Shown here: positions 33,305 to 43,038 of the stretch, piece by piece
How the letters are laid out: each line of letters starts with the position of its first letter
Numbering within the stretch: position 1 is the first letter of the stretch
Translations under genes and position numbers: made by a program
The notes under the pieces: model-generated
Database searches by the model: none
Told to the model about the DNA's origin: nothing
What the model saw: only the letters and a program-made list of their open reading frames with translations
From: Candidatus Kapaibacterium sp.
GTDB taxonomy: Bacteria > Bacteroidota > Ignavibacteria > Kapaibacteriales > UBA2268
Assembly: GCA_937927515.1 (NCBI GenBank)
Contig: CALBDO010000003.1
Location: forward strand, 1,066-65,065
Direction of reading: 5' to 3'
DNA length: 64,000 nt

Positions 33305-34351
33305 TTAATGTTTACAACATGGGAATTTTACAATAATTCTTGTTCCAACCCCAACTTTGCTTCTTACAATAATAGAGCCATTGTATTTATACAGAAGTTT
33401 TTGAGTAATTGCCAACCCCAAACCAGTGCCATTAGGTTTATTTGTAAAAAATGGATTGAAAATCTTGTCGAGGTCCTCCTCTGGAATACCCACCCCATTG
33501 TCTTCGACGCTGAAACAAGTAAATTTTGAATTTTGTTCTTCGTATTCTTCAACAAATGTAGACAAGATAATTTTTCCCTTATCTATAATTGCATCAATAG
33601 CATTCGAAATTAAATTGATTAAAATTTGTTGAATATGTTTTGGGTCTGCGCTTATAGGCAACAAGTCGTTTGAAAGATTAAAAGATAATGCTATTTCTTT
33701 TTTCTTCAACAAATGATTAAGTAAATCAACTGTTGACAAGATGATACTGTTAAGGTTAACTTCTTCAATTTGAGGTTGAGATTGGCGAGAAAAGCCAAGA
33801 GTCACATCAATGAGTTTAGAAATTCTTTCAACACCTTGAAGTGCAGAATGAATGTACGTAAACAATTCTTTATTTTCGCCAACTGCTCGATTGAGAAGCT
33901 GCAAGTTTAGATTTATTGCGGCAAGTGGATTCCTAAGCTCGTGTACAAGAGATGCACTAATTTGACCTAAAAGAACCAGTTTATCTGTCTGTACCAATTT
34001 TTCACTCATTACATATTGCTCGGTAACATTTCGACAAGTAGCAATAATTATTTTTTTGCTTTGCCATTCAACAATTTTTGCAAAAATGTCTACGTGAACT
34101 TCACCAAAGTCTTTGGTATCTAAGGTAAGCTCAGAAAAAACACTTTCGCTGTTTTCCTTCTTTGCAAGCTTGATTATTCTCTTAAATTGAGGAAAAGAAA
34201 TTTCTCCAATATCCTCTTTGCTTAATCCCAAAAGTTTCTGAGCGAAACGATTCGCAGCAAGTAAATTCCAGCTCTCACCATCAACAAGCAAAATGGCATC
34301 ATTTGCTTCTTCAAAGTACAATCTGTATAGTTCAAAATCGCTTAGTTCCAT
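33305..34351 (-). CDS. Soluble PAS-domain sensor histidine kinase
   Basis: HELRNPL H-box, [15 protein letters not shown] and GTGLGL; N-terminal PAS-like region. Confidence 0.92.
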   Translation of the reverse strand: MELSDFELYRLYFEEANDAILLVDGESWNLLAANRFAQKLLGLSKEDIGEISFPQFKRIIKLAKKENSESVFSELTLDTKDFGEVHVDIFAKIVEWQSKKIIIATCRNVTEQYVMSEKLVQTDKLVLLGQISASLVHELRNPLAAINLNLQLLNRAVGENKELFTYIHSALQGVERISKLIDVTLGFSRQSQPQIEEVNLNSIILSTVDLLNHLLKKKEIALSFNLSNDLLPISADPKHIQQILINLISNAIDAIIDKGKIILSTFVEEYEEQNSKFTCFSVEDNGVGIPEEDLDKIFNPFFTNKPNGTGLGLAITQKLLYKYNGSIIVRSKVGVGTRIIVKFPCCKH

Positions 34352-34353
34352 TT

Positions 34354-36468
34354 CTATTTCTTGGGCTTTTCAATTTCGGGAACTGGCAAAGGTTCATCTA
34401 CATTTGTAGAATCCTTCTTTTGCTTGAACTCTTCAAGTGGATTTTGTGGAAGCGTCAAATCGGGTACAAGTTTATCTGGAGAAATCACTCTCTTTGCATC
34501 ACGAATAATTTTTCCTGGGTCTTCAAAATACTCAAGAGGATTAAATTCCATATTGTTTTCTTGGTCTAAATTCCTGGATGGTTGGTTCCGGTGAGGTTGA
34601 ATTTCCAATCCTTTGATAGGTCCCATAGGAGTACGAGGTGGTATTATCCTTTCTTTCAATGAATCCGGAATAGGCTCCCCACTTTTAACAATAAGATAAT
34701 AAGTAACAGCAAGATTAACATCTTTTGCATAAACACTCTCGGGGAACTTATCAACCAAGAGTTTATAATATTTATAAGCACTGTCGTAATCGTTGAGTTT
34801 TTTTTCATAAGTAAAACCAATCAGATACAATGCTCTAGCGGTGAGAATATGCTCGCTGTACAAATCGCAAAAAAGTTTCAGTTGTCTTAAACCAAAAGTA
34901 AACTCTTTGTTATTTATTAATTGAATTCCCGATGTAAAAAGTTCGCGAGCTGTATCAACGAAATAATTGCTTGTGTATCCAAGTTCTTTCATCACCTCTA
35001 CACCAAAGAATGTTTGGGGATATTTCTCTACAATAAGTTCTTTTAGGCTATCGGACAAAAGCAAATTTTGCTCACTAATGACCCTCGCGTAAGAGTAAAA
35101 GTATCTTGCAGCATTTGTATCGAAAGAAGGCACAATGTCGCATGCAAGTTTATAATATTTAATTGTCGAATCCTTAAACCCAAGGCGTTCGAAATTAGCT
35201 CCAAGCTCGTATAACATTGATGAAAGAAACATTTTCGAAGTATCGGCAATTTCTTCGCCATTTTCAAGTTTTAAAAGCATGGGTTGTGCAAATTTATACT
35301 TTTGTTCCCAATTATTTAATAAGTTGTACATTTTGTCGGCAGAAGTAAAAACGGGTGTTTTCAGATTTCTTGCTCTTGCAAAATATTTACGAGCTTCAAA
35401 ATATTTCCCTTCGTTGTAATCTTTAAGTGCTTTTTCGTAATAAATCACAACAAGAGCTGGGGAAATTTTAAATGCTGAATCAGCTTTTATTTCCAGTTTC
35501 TTAAACGCAGTACTGTCGTTCTTAATTAGAGCACTAAGCATGAATCCGGAGTGAGTGTATTCCTTCCATTCTTGAAACTTCTGGTCATCATTTAATTTTT
35601 GAAGAATCCTCTCACCATCAGTAAAATTTCCCATCCGAATTAAACAAAGTGCTTCGTAGTAAAAAGAAGAATAGAGCGTTAAATAATCAGGATTAAATTT
35701 GCGAACTTTTTGAAAATTTAACAGTGCGTTTTTCCAATCACCCAATCTATAGTATATGGTAGCAAGTTCTAACTGCCAACGAGAACGGTAAAAATTATTA
35801 TCAGATTGAGCAATAGCTTGCTTGTATGGTTTAACTGCTCCGTTGATGTCATTTTCAAACAAAGCTAATTCAGCTTGAAGTCTAAACGCTTCCGATAGAA
35901 TATCATATCTTTCCTTCTTCCAAGCAATATCCACAGTTCTAGACAAAAGCAACTTTCCACTATGGAATTTTCGCTGAATTAGTAGGTTCTTGGCAAAAAG
36001 TAAATGTGCATCGGGAGACAAATCTCCATCTGGAAATTTATCTATCAACTCACTACATTTAATTTGTGAAGGCAACCATTCATTTTTGTAATAATAAGAT
36101 TTGGCCATTAGATAAATAGAACCTTCAACAAAGTTGCTCTTAGACTTTTTTGATAAAATTTTAGAGCCTTTTACAATAATAGAATCCAACTTGGTCTTGA
36201 CTGGCTGTAACTTCAATGGGGAGATTATAAATTCCTGCATAAATGGTGGCGGGCCACTTGAAACATCTGAAACAACTTGTAGATATTCATTAGGAACGAC
36301 GACCTTGGGGCTTACTTTTAGTTTATTCTCTTGGTATTGAAATTCATCTTCAGATTCCTTCATCAATCTCTGAGCATTGTAATAAGTATTAAAGTACGTA
36401 GTAAAATCTTCGTAATGTTTGCAACCGAAAAAAAGAATAAAAATTAGAAAAAAAAGAAACTTGTTCAT
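34354..36468 (-). CDS. TPR lipoprotein, possibly SprE/PorW-like
   Basis: Lipobox FFGC; FTTYFNTYYNA N-terminus resembling SprE/PorW; multiple TPRs. Confidence 0.6.
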   Translation of the reverse strand: MNKFLFFLIFILFFGCKHYEDFTTYFNTYYNAQRLMKESEDEFQYQENKLKVSPKVVVPNEYLQVVSDVSSGPPPFMQEFIISPLKLQPVKTKLDSIIVKGSKILSKKSKSNFVEGSIYLMAKSYYYKNEWLPSQIKCSELIDKFPDGDLSPDAHLLFAKNLLIQRKFHSGKLLLSRTVDIAWKKERYDILSEAFRLQAELALFENDINGAVKPYKQAIAQSDNNFYRSRWQLELATIYYRLGDWKNALLNFQKVRKFNPDYLTLYSSFYYEALCLIRMGNFTDGERILQKLNDDQKFQEWKEYTHSGFMLSALIKNDSTAFKKLEIKADSAFKISPALVVIYYEKALKDYNEGKYFEARKYFARARNLKTPVFTSADKMYNLLNNWEQKYKFAQPMLLKLENGEEIADTSKMFLSSMLYELGANFERLGFKDSTIKYYKLACDIVPSFDTNAARYFYSYARVISEQNLLLSDSLKELIVEKYPQTFFGVEVMKELGYTSNYFVDTARELFTSGIQLINNKEFTFGLRQLKLFCDLYSEHILTARALYLIGFTYEKKLNDYDSAYKYYKLLVDKFPESVYAKDVNLAVTYYLIVKSGEPIPDSLKERIIPPRTPMGPIKGLEIQPHRNQPSRNLDQENNMEFNPLEYFEDPGKIIRDAKRVISPDKLVPDLTLPQNPLEEFKQKKDSTNVDEPLPVPEIEKPKK

Positions 36469-36585
36469 TTCATTTTTGTTTTTACTATTTGAAAGACTGC
36501 AATTTAAATAAAATATTGCTAAATCTATGCCATAAGTACATTGTTGTAATGGAATTATTTATAAATTTGTAAATTTATTACCAAG

Positions 36586-38028
36586 ATGAAATTAAATCTA
36601 ACTTTTGGGGACTTTATCATTGTTGTTTCATACTATATTTTGATAAGTTCAGTAGGTTTTTTAGCAACAAGAAGAAGTAGAAAAAATAATAATCAGAGAT
36701 TATCCGAATTTCTTGTTGCTGGACGCAAACTTACACTCCCTCTTTTTGTTGCTTCATTAGTTGCCACTTGGTATGGCAACATTCTTGGAATAGGGGAATT
36801 TGTGTACCGCAATGGAATTGTTGCTTGGTTCTGCTTTGGAATTGTTTATTACATATCGGCATTGGTGTTTGCTTTTCTTATAAGTAGTAAAATTCGTGAA
36901 TTTCCTTACCAGACAATTCCAGAATTAATCGAATCCAAATTCGGTAAAACTTCTGGCTTCTTTGCAACAGTTGTTCTTTTATTGATTACATTTCCATCGG
37001 TGTATATTTTAATGGTCGGTACATTTATAAACGCCATCACTGGTTTAAATCATCTGAATTCCTTAATTATAGGCACAATAATTTGTTTTATCTACATAGG
37101 CTATGGAGGATTTAAAACCAATGTTATTACAAATTCAATTCAGTTTGTACTTATGTACATTGGTTTTGGCATATTTACTTTCTTTTCTTTGAAAGAAATT
37201 GGTTACGAATTATTTCAGTTGCAAAAACTACCACACACACATCTAAAATTTTTTGGTGATTTGAATTGGCAATACATAATATCCTGGTTCTTTATTTCAC
37301 TACAAACATTCATAGACCCAAGTTTTTATCAAAGATGCACATCTGCGAAAAATAGTAAAACAGCAAGAAATGGAATCTTGATTTCCATCCTTTTTTGGAT
37401 TGCTTTCGATACTATGACTGTCTTTATAGGATTAGTTGCAAAACACTCACTAACACAAATCAATCCTCTTTTTGCGTACCCATTACTTTTGGAGAAAATC
37501 GTACCACCAGTATTTAAAGGAATTGTTTTTATCTCTATGCTCGCCACTATTATTTCGACATTAGAAAGCTACACCTTCCTTTCTGCTATTTTTATTGGTA
37601 AAAACATCTTTCAGAATTTTGGGATTTTTTCAACTATGTCCTTGGAAAAAAAGGTTAGAATTGGAATTTTAATTACTGGGATTTTCTCAATTGGATTATC
37701 AAATTTTATCCCATCGGCAATTGATATAATTTATAAAACTTCGTCAATTGTTGTTCCATCTCTATTTTTCCCAGTTATTTTGAGTTACATTACAAAACCA
37801 ATTCTCAAAATCAAACAGGTCAACATTCTAATTATTTCATCTACTATCTTGACAATCATTTTCTTGATTTTAAAAGAAATGAATATCGCTTCCGAGAGAA
37901 TCATTTTTTATATCTTGTCGTCTTTCGAGCCAATGGTGTTGGGATTCTTGTGGGCGAGCTTATGTTTCCTTTCTATGCTGGCTTACAACAAATTCACCAA
38001 ATCAATTACCACCAATATTCTGGCTTAG
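36586..38028 (+). CDS. Sodium:solute symporter family protein
   Basis: FLVAGRKL, ASLVATWYG, YGG, YQR and ATIISTLES; many transmembrane helices. Confidence 0.88.
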   Translation: MKLNLTFGDFIIVVSYYILISSVGFLATRRSRKNNNQRLSEFLVAGRKLTLPLFVASLVATWYGNILGIGEFVYRNGIVAWFCFGIVYYISALVFAFLISSKIREFPYQTIPELIESKFGKTSGFFATVVLLLITFPSVYILMVGTFINAITGLNHLNSLIIGTIICFIYIGYGGFKTNVITNSIQFVLMYIGFGIFTFFSLKEIGYELFQLQKLPHTHLKFFGDLNWQYIISWFFISLQTFIDPSFYQRCTSAKNSKTARNGILISILFWIAFDTMTVFIGLVAKHSLTQINPLFAYPLLLEKIVPPVFKGIVFISMLATIISTLESYTFLSAIFIGKNIFQNFGIFSTMSLEKKVRIGILITGIFSIGLSNFIPSAIDIIYKTSSIVVPSLFFPVILSYITKPILKIKQVNILIISSTILTIIFLILKEMNIASERIIFYILSSFEPMVLGFLWASLCFLSMLAYNKFTKSITTNILA

Positions 38029-39004
38029 TCTCTCTAAGCATCAAACTAATTACTGCGTCTTTAGGATTCAAATTCTCGAAAAGAATTTGATAAACTTTTT
38101 GTGTAATTGGCAACTCAACATTAAATTTAAAACTTAATAGATATGCAGAAACAGTCGTATCAACCCCTTCTGCAATAGCATTCATATTGTTCAATATATC
38201 CGACAAACTATGTCCTAATGCAATTTGCTGACCTACATAGCGATTTCTACTATACTTGCTGTTGCAAGTAACAATTAGATCTCCTAATCCAGAGAGCCCA
38301 GAGAAAGTCAATGGTTTTGCACCCATTGCAACACCAAGACGGGTGATTTCAGCGAGGCCTCTTGTAATCAAAGCAGCTTTGGAGTTATCCCCAAGTTGCA
38401 AACCATCAATAATTCCAGCAGCTATTGCAATAACATTTTTCAAAGCACCACCAAGCTCACATCCAACTACATCTGTTGATGTATAAACCCGAAAGTACGC
38501 ATTGGTAAAAAGCTTTTGCACTTCAACAGCAAAATTTAAATTTGTGGAAGCGACAACGACTGCTGTTGGAACCGTTCGTGCAACTTCCTCGGCATGACTT
38601 GGCCCAGTAAGAATTGCGTAGTTATCTTCGAAAATACCGAAATCTAATAAAATTTCTGATACTCTCTTCAAGGTTGTTTTTTCAATACCTTTCGCTACAT
38701 TTACAATCTTTTTGCCACTTAAATTTATGCGTAATTTTTCAAAGACTCGACGAATGTACTGTGTCGGCACTGCCTGCACTATGACAGGGCAGTCAGTTAG
38801 CTTTTCTTTCTCGCTGGTAATCTCAATGGAATTTGGTATAATGACATTTGGTAAATACTTCTTGTTTTCAAATGTTTCTCTAATTTTTTCAACTGTATCA
38901 ATCTCGTGAGACCACATTACAACTGGTGTCCGATTGTTTGCCAGCATAATTGCTAATGCTGTTGCCCAAGCACCTATCCCAATTATTCCAACTTTATTAT
39001 CCAT
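38006..39004 (-). CDS. gpsA: NAD(P)H-dependent glycerol-3-phosphate dehydrogenase
   Basis: GIGAWATAL, GPSHAEEV, GGALKNVIAI and GLGDLIVTC..SRN. Confidence 0.95.
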   Translation of the reverse strand: MDNKVGIIGIGAWATALAIMLANNRTPVVMWSHEIDTVEKIRETFENKKYLPNVIIPNSIEITSEKEKLTDCPVIVQAVPTQYIRRVFEKLRINLSGKKIVNVAKGIEKTTLKRVSEILLDFGIFEDNYAILTGPSHAEEVARTVPTAVVVASTNLNFAVEVQKLFTNAYFRVYTSTDVVGCELGGALKNVIAIAAGIIDGLQLGDNSKAALITRGLAEITRLGVAMGAKPLTFSGLSGLGDLIVTCNSKYSRNRYVGQQIALGHSLSDILNNMNAIAEGVDTTVSAYLLSFKFNVELPITQKVYQILFENLNPKDAVISLMLRETKPEYWW

Positions 39005-39686
39005 TTTTTAATTTCTTTTTTAAACGAAAAATTCTCAAATTTTCAAATCTATTTTCAACTCCATTCAGCAATCGAGTGATGTTGGACCTATGAGTAAAAA
39101 GTATTAGAAAGAAAAGCAATGTCGAAAAGGATAACAAAACAGGGAAATTTAAATAATTATGATGAAATACAAATTTTCTTAGTAAAATAAAAATTGGATA
39201 TGAAAAAGAAGCCAATATTGAGCCAAGAGAGACATAACCAGTTGAAAAGAGAACCAATGCAAAAACAACTAAACAAAGTAAAACTTCAAAAGGTGAAACA
39301 GCTAAAAACATTCCTAATGCAGTATTGATACCTTTGCCACCTTTAAAACCCACAAATATTGACCAAATATGTCCAGCAATAGCTAAAAACCCACAAAAAA
39401 GTTTAAAAATCAACGGACCTCCAAGAGTATTGACAAAGTCTACGTGGAGATTGTTTACTACCCACATTGAAACAAAATATGATGCTACAAAACCCTTTAG
39501 TATGTCCACTACCTGAACAATAATACCCCAAAAAATACCCAGCTGACGAAAGGCATTTGTACTCCCCATATTTCCGCTTCCACGTGTACGAATGTCAAAA
39601 CCGAAAAAGACCCTACTAATTATTACTGCAGTTGGAAAGGAACCTAAAAAGTAACTTAAAATTATCCCTAAAATAATATATAACAT
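38997..39686 (-). CDS. plsY: Glycerol-3-phosphate acyltransferase PlsY
   Basis: GSGNMGSTN, GH..FKGGKG and HRSNI.RL. Confidence 0.95.
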   Translation of the reverse strand: MLYIILGIILSYFLGSFPTAVIISRVFFGFDIRTRGSGNMGSTNAFRQLGIFWGIIVQVVDILKGFVASYFVSMWVVNNLHVDFVNTLGGPLIFKLFCGFLAIAGHIWSIFVGFKGGKGINTALGMFLAVSPFEVLLCLVVFALVLFSTGYVSLGSILASFSYPIFILLRKFVFHHNYLNFPVLLSFSTLLFFLILFTHRSNITRLLNGVENRFENLRIFRLKKKLKNG

Positions 39687-39745
39687 AGGCTCTCGAAAAA
39701 AAACTAAAATAACAAATACAAATTTTCGTTAAAATTTTTTCGCAT

Positions 39746-40081
39746 ATGAGAACAAGTATTTCGAAAAAATTTTTCGTATTTTGGTTTACTCTAATTTCAA
39801 TTTTAGCAAACTTTGACTTCTTCCATTTTCATACCTTCCTCATTAAATCTGATAATCATAAAGTAATCAAGTCACACACCGCCGGAATTGAATTTTCAAC
39901 TGATAAGTGTCTATTAGATTTCTTCCTATTAATATTAAGTAATATTATTTTAGCTAAAACAGATTTTCAGCTTTTTCTGAAAAATCTTTCTATTGCTCCT
40001 ACCTACACAATTACCTTTTATCCTCGAACATTTGTTGTAGATTACGTCCCTCGGGCTCCCCCGATTTTACAAGCGAGCTGA
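39746..40081 (+). CDS. DUF2946-like leader protein with C-terminal RAPP motif (putative ribosome-arrest regulator)
   Basis: N-terminal hydrophobic segment, HFH/His residues, one Cys, and VPRAPP five residues from the C-terminus; precedes metal-uptake genes. Confidence 0.6.
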   Translation: MRTSISKKFFVFWFTLISILANFDFFHFHTFLIKSDNHKVIKSHTAGIEFSTDKCLLDFFLLILSNIILAKTDFQLFLKNLSIAPTYTITFYPRTFVVDYVPRAPPILQAS

Positions 40082-40186
40082 AACAATAAATCAAGTCCTT
40101 GTCATTAGTAATTTTAGAGTCAACATTTAAAGTTTTTTCAAAAATTCTACATCTACATTAAGTCAATAAAATTATGGAGGTTTAGT

Positions 40187-40642
40187 ATGAAAACTTTGAA
40201 AATGTTATTCATATACTCGTTTTTACTAATCATATTTTTTAATTCGTGTAAAGAAAAGAATACTTTGGAAGACGAACATGACCATACCGAAGCAATTGGG
40301 CTAATTATCTATCACAACGGAAAGCCTTACTTCAAGGTCATAAATGCCCAAATCGATACAAGCATTGCAAAGGAATTTCTAGTACCTCTCAACGAGGACA
40401 GGTACTTCGAAGTCAAGTTCATTGATACCGAGGGACACGAGGAAGTACCTTCAGAAAGTTCCAAAAATTTTTCTTGGGTTCTAGACGATAATACTTTTGT
40501 AGATGCTCGACTGTTACCCAACGAGAAGTTTAAATTCAAAATGCGTGGATTAAAATCTGGAAAGACATTAATCGAATTTAGGTTAAATCATTTTGACCAC
40601 CCAGATTTCAAGACACCAAAGGTGCCTTTGGTCGTAAAATAA
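40187..40642 (+). CDS. His/acid-rich lipoprotein, probable metal-binding
   Basis: Lipobox FNSC, EDEHDHTEA and NHFDHPDF; GGAGG SD. Confidence 0.7.
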   Translation: MKTLKMLFIYSFLLIIFFNSCKEKNTLEDEHDHTEAIGLIIYHNGKPYFKVINAQIDTSIAKEFLVPLNEDRYFEVKFIDTEGHEEVPSESSKNFSWVLDDNTFVDARLLPNEKFKFKMRGLKSGKTLIEFRLNHFDHPDFKTPKVPLVVK

Positions 40643-40655
40643 TCATCATTGCGAA

Positions 40656-40768
40656 GGAGGCTCTCTTGAGGTAGCTTTAATTTTGATTTATAGTTCTATT
40701 TTTGCACTTGCAAACTAATCAACGCAACAGTTTTATAAAAACTTAGTTCCATACTTAAGAGAGCCTCC
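40656..40768. repeat. 113-bp segment bounded by 15-bp inverted repeats
   Basis: GGAGGCTCTCTTGAG (40656-40670) and CTTAAGAGAGCCTCC (40754-40768) match at 14/15 positions. Confidence 0.65.
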
Positions 40769-40793
40769 GTAATTTAATTTTGTGGAGACAATC

Positions 40794-42983
40794 ATGAAGA
40801 TTTATATACCTCTATTTTTCATTGTTGCAACTAATCTACTTTCGAAAGATACTCATTTCATTGGACTTGTTGTTGACCAAAAAACCTCGACACCAATTCA
40901 CAACGCCAAGATAGAGATTTTTAATTTCCAAACAAAAATTTATCAAACCACAACAGATAGTAGTGGAAAATTCGAATTTACCTTTCCAGAAAATTTAAAT
41001 GAGGTTTTCATAGCTGTGAGTAAGGATAGTTATAAACCCTTGAAACAAAAGGTAAATTTTTCCTCTGATTCAAATTGCACATTTAAGCTTGAACCAAAAG
41101 AATATTATTTGCAGGGCATACTAATAGTTGATACTAAAAAAACTCCAATACAACAATTGCACAACTACGACAATATTTTAGAAGGTAAGGAATTACAGAA
41201 AAACATATCATCTACTTTAGGTTTAACTCTCAAGAACACCACGGACATTTTCGTAAGGTCTATGGGACCAGCTACATCAAAACCTGTTTTCCGTGGGCTA
41301 AGTTTAGAATATTTAGGAATATTTGAAAACAATTTACCAGTAAAAGACCTTTCGACGACGGCACCCGACCATTCAATTGCAGTCAATCCAGTTGGATATG
41401 ATAAAATCGAATTGTTACGTGGGCCAAAACTATTAATCTACACGAACAATGCATTAGGAGGTTTAGTAAACTTAATATCCAAAGATTATCTAATTGAAGA
41501 AATTCCAGAAACCTCTGTAAATTTTTCAACGATTTATGAGTCTGCTTTTGATGCCAAGATATACAACTTAAAATGGGAAATTCCAGTAAATCATTTATTC
41601 ACTTCTGGTTCCATTGGCATAAAGAACTCTCATGATATGCTAAGCGGAAAAGGAATTATACATAACACTTACTTCAAAAGTAATTCGGGAAATTTAAACG
41701 TTGGCTTTAGGAATGCCATACTAAGTGCCTGCGCTGAAGGAAGTTTTTTTGATTTTTCCTATGGTGTGCCGGGTGGTTTTGTTGGTGCTCATCCTAAAGG
41801 GGTTGATATTATTCTAGAACGAAATAACATTAATTTCAAAACACTTATACATTTGCATAAATTGGTTGACAATGTTTCCTTTTACCTTTCTCGCTCTTAT
41901 TATCATCATGTGGAAATCGAGAAAAATGGCACAGTAGGAGCAGAATTCTTGCTTAAAAATTATTACTTCAAAACATACTTAAATTTTAACAAAACAAATA
42001 TTTTAAACGAAAGTATCTTTGGAATTGCATTCGAAAACTCCTTAAATGATTATGGTGGTTACGTTTTCACACCAAGTGTTAATTCATATCTTTTGTCAGC
42101 TTTTATTTACCAAAACATTCGTTTTGGTAACCATTTTATTGATTACTCACTGCGGTATGACCATAAGGAGTATAATCCAGAAAATATTAAAAATCCTAAA
42201 CAAAATCTACCATTTAAACGTATTTTTAACAATTTCTCATTCTCTGTTTTAGTGATGCATAACTTAGGACAAAATTTGTATTTAGGGCTAAACCTTGGCC
42301 GTAATGAAAGATTCCCCACTAATGAAGAACTATATTCTAATGGTCCACATTTAGCTGCATATTCATTTGAAATTGGAAATTCAAAATTAGAAACCGAAGT
42401 GGCTTATTTCACAGAGTTATCTCAAAGTGTAAATCTAAGAAATGTTGGGATAACAAGCTCGATATTTTGGTACGAATTTCCCAACTACCTCCTCCCTCAA
42501 AACACTGGAAGAATTAATGTAGCGCAACTTTTACCAATATACCAAGTCACAAGCATTAAAGCAAGGTTGTTTGGTTTTTCATTCCGGAGCATTATTGATA
42601 TAACAACAAGTACAACTCTTTCAATAGACCTAACATTTAATCATGGTATTGACAGAACAAATGCAAAATATTTGCCAATGATGCCACCAACAAAAGGAAG
42701 CTTAGAGATTAACCAGAAATTTGGTAATTTAGATTTAACTTTTAAAAATACATTTGCATTTTCTCAAAACAAGCTAGGTGAATTTGAAACCCCAACTCCT
42801 GGTTATTCGATAGTATCAGCAAGTTTTGGTTATCAATTATTCCTAAAGCCAATATTAGCAACATTGAAAATAAATGTTGATAATATATTCAACTCAACAT
42901 ATTATAATCATTTATCAAGGATAAAATCAATTTACCCAGAGCCAGGTCGCAACATTAGATTTGTCGCATCATTTTTTTACTAA
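40794..42983 (+). CDS. TonB-dependent receptor, ZnuD-like metal uptake
   Basis: Plug GPATSKPVFRGL...APDH and IELLRGP; YHHVEIE, ELYSNGPHLA, YYNHLS and EPGRN. Confidence 0.82.
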   Translation: MKIYIPLFFIVATNLLSKDTHFIGLVVDQKTSTPIHNAKIEIFNFQTKIYQTTTDSSGKFEFTFPENLNEVFIAVSKDSYKPLKQKVNFSSDSNCTFKLEPKEYYLQGILIVDTKKTPIQQLHNYDNILEGKELQKNISSTLGLTLKNTTDIFVRSMGPATSKPVFRGLSLEYLGIFENNLPVKDLSTTAPDHSIAVNPVGYDKIELLRGPKLLIYTNNALGGLVNLISKDYLIEEIPETSVNFSTIYESAFDAKIYNLKWEIPVNHLFTSGSIGIKNSHDMLSGKGIIHNTYFKSNSGNLNVGFRNAILSACAEGSFFDFSYGVPGGFVGAHPKGVDIILERNNINFKTLIHLHKLVDNVSFYLSRSYYHHVEIEKNGTVGAEFLLKNYYFKTYLNFNKTNILNESIFGIAFENSLNDYGGYVFTPSVNSYLLSAFIYQNIRFGNHFIDYSLRYDHKEYNPENIKNPKQNLPFKRIFNNFSFSVLVMHNLGQNLYLGLNLGRNERFPTNEELYSNGPHLAAYSFEIGNSKLETEVAYFTELSQSVNLRNVGITSSIFWYEFPNYLLPQNTGRINVAQLLPIYQVTSIKARLFGFSFRSIIDITTSTTLSIDLTFNHGIDRTNAKYLPMMPPTKGSLEINQKFGNLDLTFKNTFAFSQNKLGEFETPTPGYSIVSASFGYQLFLKPILATLKINVDNIFNSTYYNHLSRIKSIYPEPGRNIRFVASFFY

Positions 42984-43038
42984 AATTATTTTAGTTAAAG
43001 CTTATTAAATTTGCATTTTCTAATTTTATGGAGAAAAA

